Positions 7,965-16,717 of a stretch of 57,453 nucleotides of DNA are shown here, one piece after another (positions within the stretch are counted from its first letter, which is position 1; every line of letters begins with the position of its first letter). The notes beneath the pieces are model-generated. The model did no database searches. It had not been told where the DNA came from and saw nothing but the letters and a program-made list of their open reading frames with translations. The stretch comes from an uncultured virus (IMG/VR IMGVR_UViG_3300045996_004413). Lineage: Duplodnaviria > Heunggongvirae > Uroviricota > Caudoviricetes. The DNA lies in IMG/VR virus record IMGVR_UViG_3300045996_004413, one strand, 5' to 3'. The translations under genes were made by a program, and so were the position numbers.

Positions 7965-9840
7965 AGCGCAGCGACGTTGGATGCACGCGGTTCATCCCGA
8001 CATGGCCAAACGCTGGGAAAAACATACGCCCAAAGGTGCTGACTTGCCGGAACACGTGAAACAACAAAACAAGAAGATGGCCGCGGTACTTGCCGCCGCC
8101 ATCGTGCAGTCCAGTGGCCCGTGGCTGAAGGCAGCCAACAGCCCCGATGTCGTAAAGCCCGTGAAACCCCTCGGCGGCTTGAACAAGGCTCCGGCACCTG
8201 CTGCGCCGGCAGCGGCGACTGCCCCCGCCGCAAGCCCGGCCCCGACAGCACCAGTCGCAAAGCCTGCCCCGACAGCGCCGGCAGCGAAACCCGCTCCCAC
8301 TCCGGCCCCCGCGCCCGCTCCCACTCCGGCCCCCGCGCCCGCTCCCACACCCGCGGTGAACAACCTGAATCCGGCAAAGACCCTCGGTGGGATCGCCAAC
8401 AGCGTCAAAAGCATGACCCTGCCGACTGCCGCCCCCGGCCCTGCCACCCCGCCGCAGATTGGCAGCGCCGACACGGCAGTGGGCCTGCCCGCCGGCACCA
8501 GCCAAAAGCTGCTCGCCCCCGCTGGCCCACCTGCCCCGGCAAGCACTCCGCCTGAGGTTCAAAAGCCGTTTGAGAAAACCCTGAACGGCGACTCTGTCCA
8601 GGCGGTCACGTTGCGGAATCTCGGCGTCGACGTCCCCCCGGGCGCCGACATTACCCCTGTTGAATTCGAGGCTCGCCTTCAGGGCCTTTACCAGATCGAT
8701 AAGGCACGCGCCCAGCAACAGGGTGTCCAACTGGACTACAAGACCTGGTGGCAGAATACCGGATCCAAGGCGTCTCAGGATGCCTTTTCACTTCACCGCG
8801 CATCGCGACCTGTGCCACCCGCGTCGACGGCAAGCAAGGTACTGGGCGGAGCCGGGCAAATTGCAGCGGCTGTTACCAATCCTGCGCAAACAGGTCTTTC
8901 ACTGGGCCAGAAAGGTGGCGAGTTGCTTAACCAGGCCACCATCGCGGTTAAGCAAAAAGCCACTGAAGTTCTGCAGTCGGGCGCTGTCGACAAGGTAAAA
9001 CAGGGCTGGGATCTGGCGATCGCCGCCAAGAACAATGACTTGCCCGCTGCCATCGACGCAGTAAATGATCCTCGGTTCAAAGGTTTAGGCGGTGCGCTTC
9101 GCGGCCTCGGCGACCCGAAAGCAACCCCGGAACAACAGACGGCAGCGGCTGAGCAATTGCTGCAAGTGCCTGCAGTTAAAACAGCGGCCCCCGCTGTGAT
9201 GGCCGCTGTTGAGAAAAAGTACGAAATGCAAAAAGGCACGCTGACACCTTTGGTAGAAATTGCGCAACTGGGGCCTCGGCCCGCCGATCCCGCGCAAGCC
9301 CAGGCGTACGACACCAAGATTGCAGCGCTCAAAGCCCAGACGATTAAGAACCTCGGGAATGACCCCAAGAACGTTGCGGCGGCAGAGACAGCGATGGGTA
9401 TGCCCCAGGGCAGCCTCAGCATGGCCAAAAGCGCGATGGGCGTGCTGAGCCCGTTGATCGACGGGTTTAAGAACCTGTTCTCGATGGACAACGCGATCGC
9501 TGCTTTCAAGAGCGGCGACTTCACTAAGATGCTTCCCTACATCCTCGGCGGCGGAGCAATCCTCGGCCTGCTGGGGAACGTCATGGGCTTTGGCAGCGGT
9601 GAGGACGGCAAGCCTGGCTTGTTGTCGGTGCTGCTACCGTTGGCGGGCCTGGGCGCTGCCGCATGGGCCAACGGCTCGGGCGGGCAAAAGACAATCGGCG
9701 GGTGGATGGGGGCGGCAAGCGGCGCCGCTGCCAAGGTCGAAGAAATTGCCCGTAGTGCGGCAACGCCGCCCGCGGCGACTCCAACGCCCGCAGGCATTTC
9801 TGCCACCGCCCCCGGCATCTCAGCGGGGGTCGTGCGATGA
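7948..9840 (+). CDS. Pro/Ala-rich protein with N-terminal MPxRSKAQRRW module and C-terminal glycine-zipper TM pair (630 aa, Cys-free)
   Basis: GTG start with GGGAG SD; PAPT repeats; hydrophobic LGGGAILGLLG and LLPLAGLGAAAW segments. Confidence 0.8.
   Translation: MPMRSKAQRRWMHAVHPDMAKRWEKHTPKGADLPEHVKQQNKKMAAVLAAAIVQSSGPWLKAANSPDVVKPVKPLGGLNKAPAPAAPAAATAPAASPAPTAPVAKPAPTAPAAKPAPTPAPAPAPTPAPAPAPTPAVNNLNPAKTLGGIANSVKSMTLPTAAPGPATPPQIGSADTAVGLPAGTSQKLLAPAGPPAPASTPPEVQKPFEKTLNGDSVQAVTLRNLGVDVPPGADITPVEFEARLQGLYQIDKARAQQQGVQLDYKTWWQNTGSKASQDAFSLHRASRPVPPASTASKVLGGAGQIAAAVTNPAQTGLSLGQKGGELLNQATIAVKQKATEVLQSGAVDKVKQGWDLAIAAKNNDLPAAIDAVNDPRFKGLGGALRGLGDPKATPEQQTAAAEQLLQVPAVKTAAPAVMAAVEKKYEMQKGTLTPLVEIAQLGPRPADPAQAQAYDTKIAALKAQTIKNLGNDPKNVAAAETAMGMPQGSLSMAKSAMGVLSPLIDGFKNLFSMDNAIAAFKSGDFTKMLPYILGGGAILGLLGNVMGFGSGEDGKPGLLSVLLPLAGLGAAAWANGSGGQKTIGGWMGAASGAAAKVEEIARSAATPPAATPTPAGISATAPGISAGVVR
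8290..8348 (+). repeat. In-frame 24-bp tandem repeat (about 2.5 copies) encoding PAPTPAPA
   Basis: CCCGCTCCCACTCCGGCCCCCGCG at 8290-8313 and 8314-8337, partial copy to 8348. Confidence 0.9.
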
Positions 9841-10538
9841 GTTTTGATTGGCGGAACGTATTACCAGCGGCGGGGCACGCCACGCTTTTTGCCCCCACAG
9901 CCATCAAGGGAACGGCTCTGCCCACCGGTCCTCTGCCAGGTGCCATTGCCACTACCGCGATTGGCGCGGGCCTCGGCTATGCCGGGGGCCAGGTCACGAA
10001 CCTTTTCAACGACGATCCCCCGGAAGTCAAAAAGCAGCGAGCCCGCCGCTGGGCCCTGATCGGCGGACTTGCCGGGGCAGCTCCGGCAGCAATTCAGGCT
10101 TACGGCATGGCCAGAAGCTCGGTCCCGGAAAAAGGCTGGGTCCGCGGGCTTGTCGACACCCCGATGCCCGCCTCCCCCAAACCGCCCGCTCCGCCGACGG
10201 TGAAACCTGCCAGCGAGACGGTCCCCCAGCTATACCCCGTGGTGCCGGTGGGCGAGGCGATCGCCCAGATCGCGATGAGCCCCCAGTTCACCCCCTACCA
10301 GAAAGCGATGGCGGTCAACGTGCTGCTGGAAGCCAATGACGGCCAACCCGATGGAGCAGTTACCTTCGGGGACCTGCTGCGAGGCGCCGTGGGTTCGCAG
10401 CTCGGTATCGCCGCCGGTCGCACCGTGGCCCGGGCAATGACCTCTCTCTTTGGGATACCCGACCGCTCCGATTCCCTGGGTGCGTATGGCGGCGTGGCCG
10501 GCGCCCTGCTGGGCACAGGTATGGTAAAGTATCGCTAG
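9837..10538 (+). CDS. Glycine-zipper membrane-type protein (233 aa)
   Basis: GAGLGYAGG, IGGLAGAA and YGGVAGALLG GxxxG segments; ATGA coupling. Confidence 0.8.
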   Translation: MSFDWRNVLPAAGHATLFAPTAIKGTALPTGPLPGAIATTAIGAGLGYAGGQVTNLFNDDPPEVKKQRARRWALIGGLAGAAPAAIQAYGMARSSVPEKGWVRGLVDTPMPASPKPPAPPTVKPASETVPQLYPVVPVGEAIAQIAMSPQFTPYQKAMAVNVLLEANDGQPDGAVTFGDLLRGAVGSQLGIAAGRTVARAMTSLFGIPDRSDSLGAYGGVAGALLGTGMVKYR

Positions 10539-10546
10539 GAGATTTT

Positions 10547-10969
10547 ATGACCGACGCCGACATCACCCAGTTCAAGCTCGACGCCCTGACCAAGATGGCC
10601 CACCTGGGCATCACCCCGGGACAGTTCGGTCGTGCGATCAAGCAAGCCAATCCCCTGGCCTTCGCCTCCAGCGCAGTAAAAGGCACGATGGACGCCGGCC
10701 AGACGGCGGCAAGCGGCGTTTACAACCTCGGAAAGGGGGTTCTTATCCCAGCCTCTGCTCTTCTGCTGGGCGCAGGGGCCCTCGCTGGCTATGCTGGGGA
10801 GCATGTGCTCGGCCCCCGCAAGCCGGACGTCGATGAAGCCCGGGAAAACGCCCGCATCGAACAGCTTCGCCGCGGGGCTCTGCGTTTGAAGGCAGAAACC
10901 CAAGCGGAGACAGCGAATGCCCCCCGTCGCCGAAAACCCCCCGCCCTATCAATTCTCTCCTCCGTCTAA
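10547..10969 (+). CDS. Small glycine-zipper protein with K-x-A-terminated leader (140 aa)
   Basis: AGGAGA SD; leader ...TKMAHLGITPGQFGRAIKQA; TM-like LLLGAGALAGYAG. Confidence 0.8.
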   Translation: MTDADITQFKLDALTKMAHLGITPGQFGRAIKQANPLAFASSAVKGTMDAGQTAASGVYNLGKGVLIPASALLLGAGALAGYAGEHVLGPRKPDVDEARENARIEQLRRGALRLKAETQAETANAPRRRKPPALSILSSV

Positions 10970-11342
10970 CTCCCATTACGTCGACCCCGCGCCCGAACAG
11001 CGCTCTTTGGTCTTCCTCCCGGGATATGACGGGATCCCCGTCCGCGGGTTCAACAACGGCAACATCATCGACGACGAAGTGGTCAAACGGCTCCGCCCGG
11101 TGTGCGAGATGCATTTCCGGTTTTTCGACCTGCGGGACGACAAGGATAAGACCCTGTTCGAGGCGCTGTGCACTGTCGCGGCGAGCAAACCCAAGCACGT
11201 TCGGGTAATCACAAAAAAGTTTCCAAACGATGTCAGCTCAACCGGGAAGTGGGAGGTTGCAGTAGAATGGGTTGAGATGTACTTGGACATCCCGGTGACA
11301 GGGGTGTTCGCCAAAACCGTAAGCCCGCTCGAAGGAGTTTGA
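10917..11342 (+). CDS. Hypothetical protein (141 aa)
   Basis: GGAGA SD; globular composition; fills the gap to the next gene. Confidence 0.7.
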   Translation: MPPVAENPPPYQFSPPSNSHYVDPAPEQRSLVFLPGYDGIPVRGFNNGNIIDDEVVKRLRPVCEMHFRFFDLRDDKDKTLFEALCTVAASKPKHVRVITKKFPNDVSSTGKWEVAVEWVEMYLDIPVTGVFAKTVSPLEGV

Positions 11343-11345
11343 TTC

Positions 11346-12296
11346 ATGAAATCCGCTTATGCCACCCAGGCCCTCAAATCGCTGGGCGTGATGGCGACTC
11401 CGCAAGTCCCCCTGACTGTCTCTCCTGAGAACCTGGGCAACCTCGAATCCCGCGCCCACAACAACGCCAACCACAGCCTCGCCAACTGGGGCCTCGGAGC
11501 TGCAGCCGTCGGCGGCGGGCTTGCCGGTCTTGCGGCGATCGTCCGCAAGATGAGCCAGCCGGAGTTCGAAACCGACCCGGCCAAGGCCGTGGAAAAGACA
11601 AGCCCGGTCATCACCGTCACCCCCAAGAAAAAAGAAGAAGAGAAGGTCGCCAACACGAATCCCGAGGCGGCCGTGGGCTCCCCTGTTTCCCCCTCTGCTC
11701 CCGCGATGCCCAAGGTGCGCGAGACCACGGACATCCCGTGGCTTGGACCAGCCACGGCGGTTACTGCCGGTGCCGGGCTGCTCGGCGGCTACATGCTGTC
11801 CCGCCACATGCTCGACAAGTCCAAGGCCAACGATCTCAAGAAAAAGCGCGAGCAGGCGGAAGCCGAATTCCAGCAGGCCATCAACCAGGCCCTCGCCCCC
11901 CGCGGCCTGCAGGTATCGACACCCAAGACGGCGGGTGCCGTCGATCAGGACGTCGAAGCCTGCATGAACATCCTGGACTTCGTGGCACACCAGCCCGCCC
12001 ACGTGAAGAAGGCGTTCCTCGACAAGGCCATGTGGTGGGCCGCCCTTGCCGGCGCTGTTCCCCTGACCGCCGGTGCTGTCGCAGGCTGGCGGTACTCCGC
12101 GAACAATAACCCCGCCCGCAAGGAGCTCAAAGACATCCAGCACCGCATGACCCTGCAGGCGCTCAACAGCCCCACGCCACCTTTGCTGATGGCCCAGTCG
12201 CCCCAGGAAGAAAAGCAGGAAGACGACAACAACACCCCGGAAGATCAAAAGGCCCTGCACTCGGCCAACACCGGGCTGATTCGTGAGGTCGGCTAA
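11346..12296 (+). CDS. Glycine-zipper protein with three hydrophobic segments and K-x-A motifs (316 aa)
   Basis: AAGGAG SD; GLGAAAVGGGLAGL, AGAGLLGGY and ALAGAVPLTAGAVAG segments separated by KVAN, KTAG and KKAF. Confidence 0.8.
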   Translation: MKSAYATQALKSLGVMATPQVPLTVSPENLGNLESRAHNNANHSLANWGLGAAAVGGGLAGLAAIVRKMSQPEFETDPAKAVEKTSPVITVTPKKKEEEKVANTNPEAAVGSPVSPSAPAMPKVRETTDIPWLGPATAVTAGAGLLGGYMLSRHMLDKSKANDLKKKREQAEAEFQQAINQALAPRGLQVSTPKTAGAVDQDVEACMNILDFVAHQPAHVKKAFLDKAMWWAALAGAVPLTAGAVAGWRYSANNNPARKELKDIQHRMTLQALNSPTPPLLMAQSPQEEKQEDDNNTPEDQKALHSANTGLIREVG

Positions 12297-12301
12297 CAGC
12301 C

Positions 12302-15300
12302 ATGCTCGACGACGAAGAGAAAAAACTCGGCATCCGGGACATGGATGACGTTGGCGCAATCCGCGAAAACGTCACAACCGGCGTTGCGTCCGCAATCCAG
12401 GGCGTCAAGCCGCTAAATTACGGTGGCGTTTCTCTTTCGCTGCACGACGTCACCCTCGGCAAGTCGCCGGATCTCTCGTACGCCGCCCAGAAGAAGGCCC
12501 TCCTCAACCGCGGCTCGGTGGGCACCCCCGTCTACGGCACCTGGCGACTCACGGACACCGAGGGCAAGGTCCTCGACGAAAAGAAGAAGCTTCTTGCCAA
12601 CGTGCCGACGATCAACAACGGCGGCACCTACATTCGCCGCGGCATCGAGTACAGCTTGGCCAACCAGGGCCGCCTGCGGTTTGGCATCTACACCCACAAG
12701 AAACTCAACGGCGAGCTGGAGAGCCACTTCAACGTGGAGCCGGGCACCGGCAACCAGTTCAAGCTCAAGCTCGAGCCGGACACCGGCAAGTTCGTGATGC
12801 GGGTCGGGCAGGCCAACCTGCCGATCGTGCCGATCCTGCGGGCAATGGGCACTGCCGACGAAAAGATCAAGCAGGTACTTGGCCAGGAGTTGTTCGACGT
12901 CAACACCGCCCGCCTCCGCGGCGACGTGGTGGCAAAGGCCGTCGAATCCCTCGGCGGCCGCGACAAGAACAAGCACGGTGATCTGCCGACGGACGAAAAC
13001 GAGGCCCTGCGGACCATCCTCGCCAAGGCCCGGTTGGATCCGGACGTCAACACCAAGACGCTGGTGGGCAAGCCATACGACCACGTCTCCCCGGACGCAA
13101 TTCTCGACTCGGTGCAGGCCCTGGTGAAACTGCACTCGGGCAAGGCCCCGCCGGACAACCGCAACAACCAGTTGTACCAGCGGGTGTGGAGCCACGAGGA
13201 CCTGTTCCCTGAGCGGATCAAGAAAGACGCTGGCGGCATCCTCCGCAAGGTTATGTGGCAGGTGTCCCGCAAAAAGAGCCTCGACGCGATCCCCTCGGGG
13301 ATCTTCAACAAGCATCTCGACCAGGTGCTCCTGGGCAGCGGACTTTCCCAGAGCCCGGAAGAGACCAACCCCACCGAAGTACTGGACCAGTTGCATCGCG
13401 TGGTGCGTATCGGCGAAGGTGCGATCCCCACGATTGACGCCGTCCCCGACGACGCCCGCGCGGTGCAGGGGTCCTACGCCGGCTTCATTGACCCGATCCG
13501 CTCCCCGGAATCCGAGAAGGTGGGCGTTGACAACCGATTCGCCCACGGCGTGAGAAAGGGAAAAGATGGCCAGATCTACACCAAAATGCTCGACGTTAAA
13601 ACGGGGAAGCAGCGTCTGGTATCCGCCGACGAAGCCGGGACTGCCGTGGTTGCTTTTCCGCATGAAATGGATCGCCCTGGCAATGACCGGGTGCGTGCGG
13701 TCGTCCAAGGCCGCATCCAGCGGGTCGACCGCGACCAAGTCAACCTCGTGATGGCCCATCCGGCGAACCTGTTCACCATGCAGTCAAACCTGATGCCCAG
13801 CATCGGCTCGGTGGCCGGCGGCCGCGTGTTCCTCGGCGCCAAGTTCGTGTCCCAGGCCCTGCCGCTGATCAACCGCGAGGCGCCGCTGGTGCAGGCCGAG
13901 CACCCCGACGGTGAGTCGTTCGAAAGCAAGATCGGCCGGAAGATCGGCACCGTGGCGTCCGACCGTGACGGGCTTGTCACCAACGTGACCGACGACGAGA
14001 TCACCGTGGAAGGCCCTCGAGGGCAGAAGGTGTTCTCGATCGCCAATTTCGTGCCCTACAACCGCAAGACATTCCTCAAGCATCACCCGTCGGTCAAGAT
14101 CGGCGACCGTGTCACTGCCGGCCAACTCCTGGCCACCAGCAACATGACCGACAAGAACGGCAACCTCGCACTGGGCACCAACCTGCGGGTGGCCTACGTG
14201 CCGTTTTCCCGCGGCGGGGGCAACAACTACGAAGACGCGATCGTTCTGTCGGAGTCCGGAGCCAAGAAGCTCACCGCCGAACAGATGTACACTCACAAGC
14301 TTGACTTCAACGAAGGCAAGCCCGACGCCGCCCAGCACCGCTCCCTGTTCCCGGGGATCTTCAACAAGAAACAGTTGGACCGCATCGGCCCCAACGGCAT
14401 CATCCTGCCCGGCAGCACCGTGGAGAAGGGTGACCCCATTGTCCTCGCCGTGCGTCAGCGGGATCCCAAGAAACCAGGCATGGGCAAGAGCAATTCATCT
14501 CGCCGATACGCGGATGCATCCATCCTTTGGGACCATGACCACCCGGGGTACATCACGGACTCGGCGATCGGCCCCAATGGCGTGGTCGTCGCGAGTCGTG
14601 TCGAGAATCCCATCCATGTCGGGGACAAGATGGCTGGACGGTTCGGCGACAAGCACATCGTCAGTGCGATCGTTCCCGACGCCCAGATGCCCGTCGATGA
14701 AAAGGGCAATGTTTTCCATGCGATTGTGAATCCGCACGGGATCATCAGCCGCGGCAACCCCGCGCAGATCGCTGAAGCTGCGTGGGGGCGAATCGCCGAA
14801 CTCACCGGCAAACCCTCGATCGTGCCGAGCATGAGCCTCGACGACCTGAACGCCAAGGCCAAAGAGGGGCTTGCGTTCCACGGCCTGCGGGACACCTCGG
14901 ACATGTTCGACCCGGTCCTCAACCGCAAGATTGCCAACATCGCCTCGGGCAATCGCTTCTACATGCGTCTGCACCACCTTGCTGAAGGCAAGCTCACTGG
15001 CCGCAGCGACACGGGTAACTTCAACCAGGACGGCGAACCGTCCAAGGGCGGCGGCGAGTCTGCCCCCCGCGTGGGCCTCATGGAGGTCAACGCCCTGTAC
15101 GCCGCCGGCGCCAACCACGTGCTGGACGACACCCATCAGGTCAAAGGCTCGCGCAACGAAGATTACTGGCGGGCCATCCGCATGGGCTTCTCCCCGCCAG
15201 CCCCCAAGTCCCCCGAGGTGCTCAAGAAATTCCTCGCTCTCCTTGCCGCCTCCGGCGTGAACGTGCAGCAGGAAGGTTCCCGCCTGCACGTGATGGCAAT

Positions 15301-16717
15301 GACCGACAGCCAGGTCGACGACATCGCCCAGGGCGAGATCAAGGTCGCCGATACCGTGCGGTTCCCCGACATGCAGCCGATCGATGGCGGCCTGTTTGAC
15401 CGCGGCATCACCGGGGGCCACGGAGGCGACCGCTTCGGCAAGATCGAACTGGGGGTCAAGATCCCCAACCCGGTCATGGAAGAGCCGATTCGCAAACTGT
15501 TGGGACTTACCGAAAAGTCCCTACGAAACGTAATGAGCGGAAAAGATGAGCTCAATGGAGAAACGGGACCCAAGGCGATCGCTGAGGCCCTGCGAGGCAT
15601 CAACGTTGACCGTGAGATCGAGAACGCCAAGCAGAAGATCCGCACAGCGAAACGATCGCCCCGAGATGCCGCCATCAAGAAGCTCCGGGTCCTCGAGATG
15701 TTCAAACGCACGGACCTCAAACCTGAAGACATGATGATCTCCAAGCTGCCGGTGCTGCCGCCATCGTTCCGCCCGATCTCGATGATGAACGATGTGCCGC
15801 TGGTGAACGGCAGCAACATGCTCTACAAGGACCTGCTGCAGGCCAAGGAAAATTACCACGGCCTGCTCAAGAGCCTCGGCCCGGCCAACACCGGCGATGA
15901 AATGCTCGCGGTGTACGACGCTGCCAAGGCCGTGGTAGGCCTGGGCGAGCCGATCAACAAGGAAACGCAGCAGCGGCGGGCCAAGGGCCTGCTGTCGGTC
16001 ATCTTCGGCGACAGCCCCAAGAACGGCACGTTCCAACGGAAGATGATGGGCAAGACCGTCAACCTGGGCGGCCGCGCGGTGATCACCCCGGACCCCCGCC
16101 TCAACATGGACCAGGTCGGCGTCCCCGAGGAAATCCTGTGGAAGTCCTACGCCCCCTTTGTGATGCGTCGCATGGTGCGCCGCGGCATGAAGCCCCTGGA
16201 GGCCCAGCAGGCGATCAAGGAGCGCACCCCCTCGGCCTACGGCGAATTGCACAACGAGATGCAGGAACGCCCGGTGATGATCAACCGCGCTCCTTCGCTG
16301 CACCGCTACAGCATCATGGCGGCCTGGCCGGTGCTCACCAAGGCCAAGAGCCTGCGAATCTCCCCGGTGGTCACTTCGGCCTTCAACGCCGACTTCGATG
16401 GCGACACCATGGCGGTCCACGTGCCCGCCAGCGACAAGGCGATCGAAGAAATGATCGACAAGCTGATGCCCAGCCGTCAGCTCCTGAGCACCAAAAACTT
16501 CAAGGCCCACTTCCTGCCCCGGCAGGAATACCAGCTGGGTTTGTACGAGGCGACCAAGCCTTCGGCAAAGAAAAATCCGGTGGTTTTCGAAGATCTAAAA
16601 GCTGCAATTCGCGCTTTTAGACAAGGTCAGCTCAACCTTGATGATATAATCGAAGTTCCTGGGGCCCAGCCCCATCCAACTGCTGTCGCAGACGTCACGC
16701 AAGGATTACTGTCATGA
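12302..16717 (+). CDS. rpoBC: DNA-directed RNA polymerase: complete beta fused to N-terminal half of beta-prime (1471 aa)
   Basis: Beta motifs: GGTYIRRGIEYSLANQ, RSPESEKVG, GAKFVSQALPL, LALGTNLRVAY..NYEDAIVLSE, GDKMAGRFGDK, NPHGIISRGN, YMRLHHL, RVGLMEVNAL. Beta-prime motifs follow: GLFDRGITGG, LPVLPPSFRP, GKTVNLGGRAVI, NRAPSLHR and catalytic NADFDGD (16385-16405). Confidence 0.97.
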   Translation: MLDDEEKKLGIRDMDDVGAIRENVTTGVASAIQGVKPLNYGGVSLSLHDVTLGKSPDLSYAAQKKALLNRGSVGTPVYGTWRLTDTEGKVLDEKKKLLANVPTINNGGTYIRRGIEYSLANQGRLRFGIYTHKKLNGELESHFNVEPGTGNQFKLKLEPDTGKFVMRVGQANLPIVPILRAMGTADEKIKQVLGQELFDVNTARLRGDVVAKAVESLGGRDKNKHGDLPTDENEALRTILAKARLDPDVNTKTLVGKPYDHVSPDAILDSVQALVKLHSGKAPPDNRNNQLYQRVWSHEDLFPERIKKDAGGILRKVMWQVSRKKSLDAIPSGIFNKHLDQVLLGSGLSQSPEETNPTEVLDQLHRVVRIGEGAIPTIDAVPDDARAVQGSYAGFIDPIRSPESEKVGVDNRFAHGVRKGKDGQIYTKMLDVKTGKQRLVSADEAGTAVVAFPHEMDRPGNDRVRAVVQGRIQRVDRDQVNLVMAHPANLFTMQSNLMPSIGSVAGGRVFLGAKFVSQALPLINREAPLVQAEHPDGESFESKIGRKIGTVASDRDGLVTNVTDDEITVEGPRGQKVFSIANFVPYNRKTFLKHHPSVKIGDRVTAGQLLATSNMTDKNGNLALGTNLRVAYVPFSRGGGNNYEDAIVLSESGAKKLTAEQMYTHKLDFNEGKPDAAQHRSLFPGIFNKKQLDRIGPNGIILPGSTVEKGDPIVLAVRQRDPKKPGMGKSNSSRRYADASILWDHDHPGYITDSAIGPNGVVVASRVENPIHVGDKMAGRFGDKHIVSAIVPDAQMPVDEKGNVFHAIVNPHGIISRGNPAQIAEAAWGRIAELTGKPSIVPSMSLDDLNAKAKEGLAFHGLRDTSDMFDPVLNRKIANIASGNRFYMRLHHLAEGKLTGRSDTGNFNQDGEPSKGGGESAPRVGLMEVNALYAAGANHVLDDTHQVKGSRNEDYWRAIRMGFSPPAPKSPEVLKKFLALLAASGVNVQQEGSRLHVMAMTDSQVDDIAQGEIKVADTVRFPDMQPIDGGLFDRGITGGHGGDRFGKIELGVKIPNPVMEEPIRKLLGLTEKSLRNVMSGKDELNGETGPKAIAEALRGINVDREIENAKQKIRTAKRSPRDAAIKKLRVLEMFKRTDLKPEDMMISKLPVLPPSFRPISMMNDVPLVNGSNMLYKDLLQAKENYHGLLKSLGPANTGDEMLAVYDAAKAVVGLGEPINKETQQRRAKGLLSVIFGDSPKNGTFQRKMMGKTVNLGGRAVITPDPRLNMDQVGVPEEILWKSYAPFVMRRMVRRGMKPLEAQQAIKERTPSAYGELHNEMQERPVMINRAPSLHRYSIMAAWPVLTKAKSLRISPVVTSAFNADFDGDTMAVHVPASDKAIEEMIDKLMPSRQLLSTKNFKAHFLPRQEYQLGLYEATKPSAKKNPVVFEDLKAAIRAFRQGQLNLDDIIEVPGAQPHPTAVADVTQGLLS
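16642..16650 (+). promoter_or_regulatory. Internal extended -10 promoter (TGATATAAT) in the 3' end of the RNAP gene
   Basis: Perfect TGn-TATAAT in a locally AT-rich, codon-atypical stretch about 65 bp upstream of the next start. Confidence 0.55.

Noticed and set aside
8200..8350. Short repeats as a CRISPR array
   Set aside because: In-frame Pro/Ala coding repeats without unique spacers; no cas genes. No CRISPR array, tRNA or rRNA was recognised in the window.
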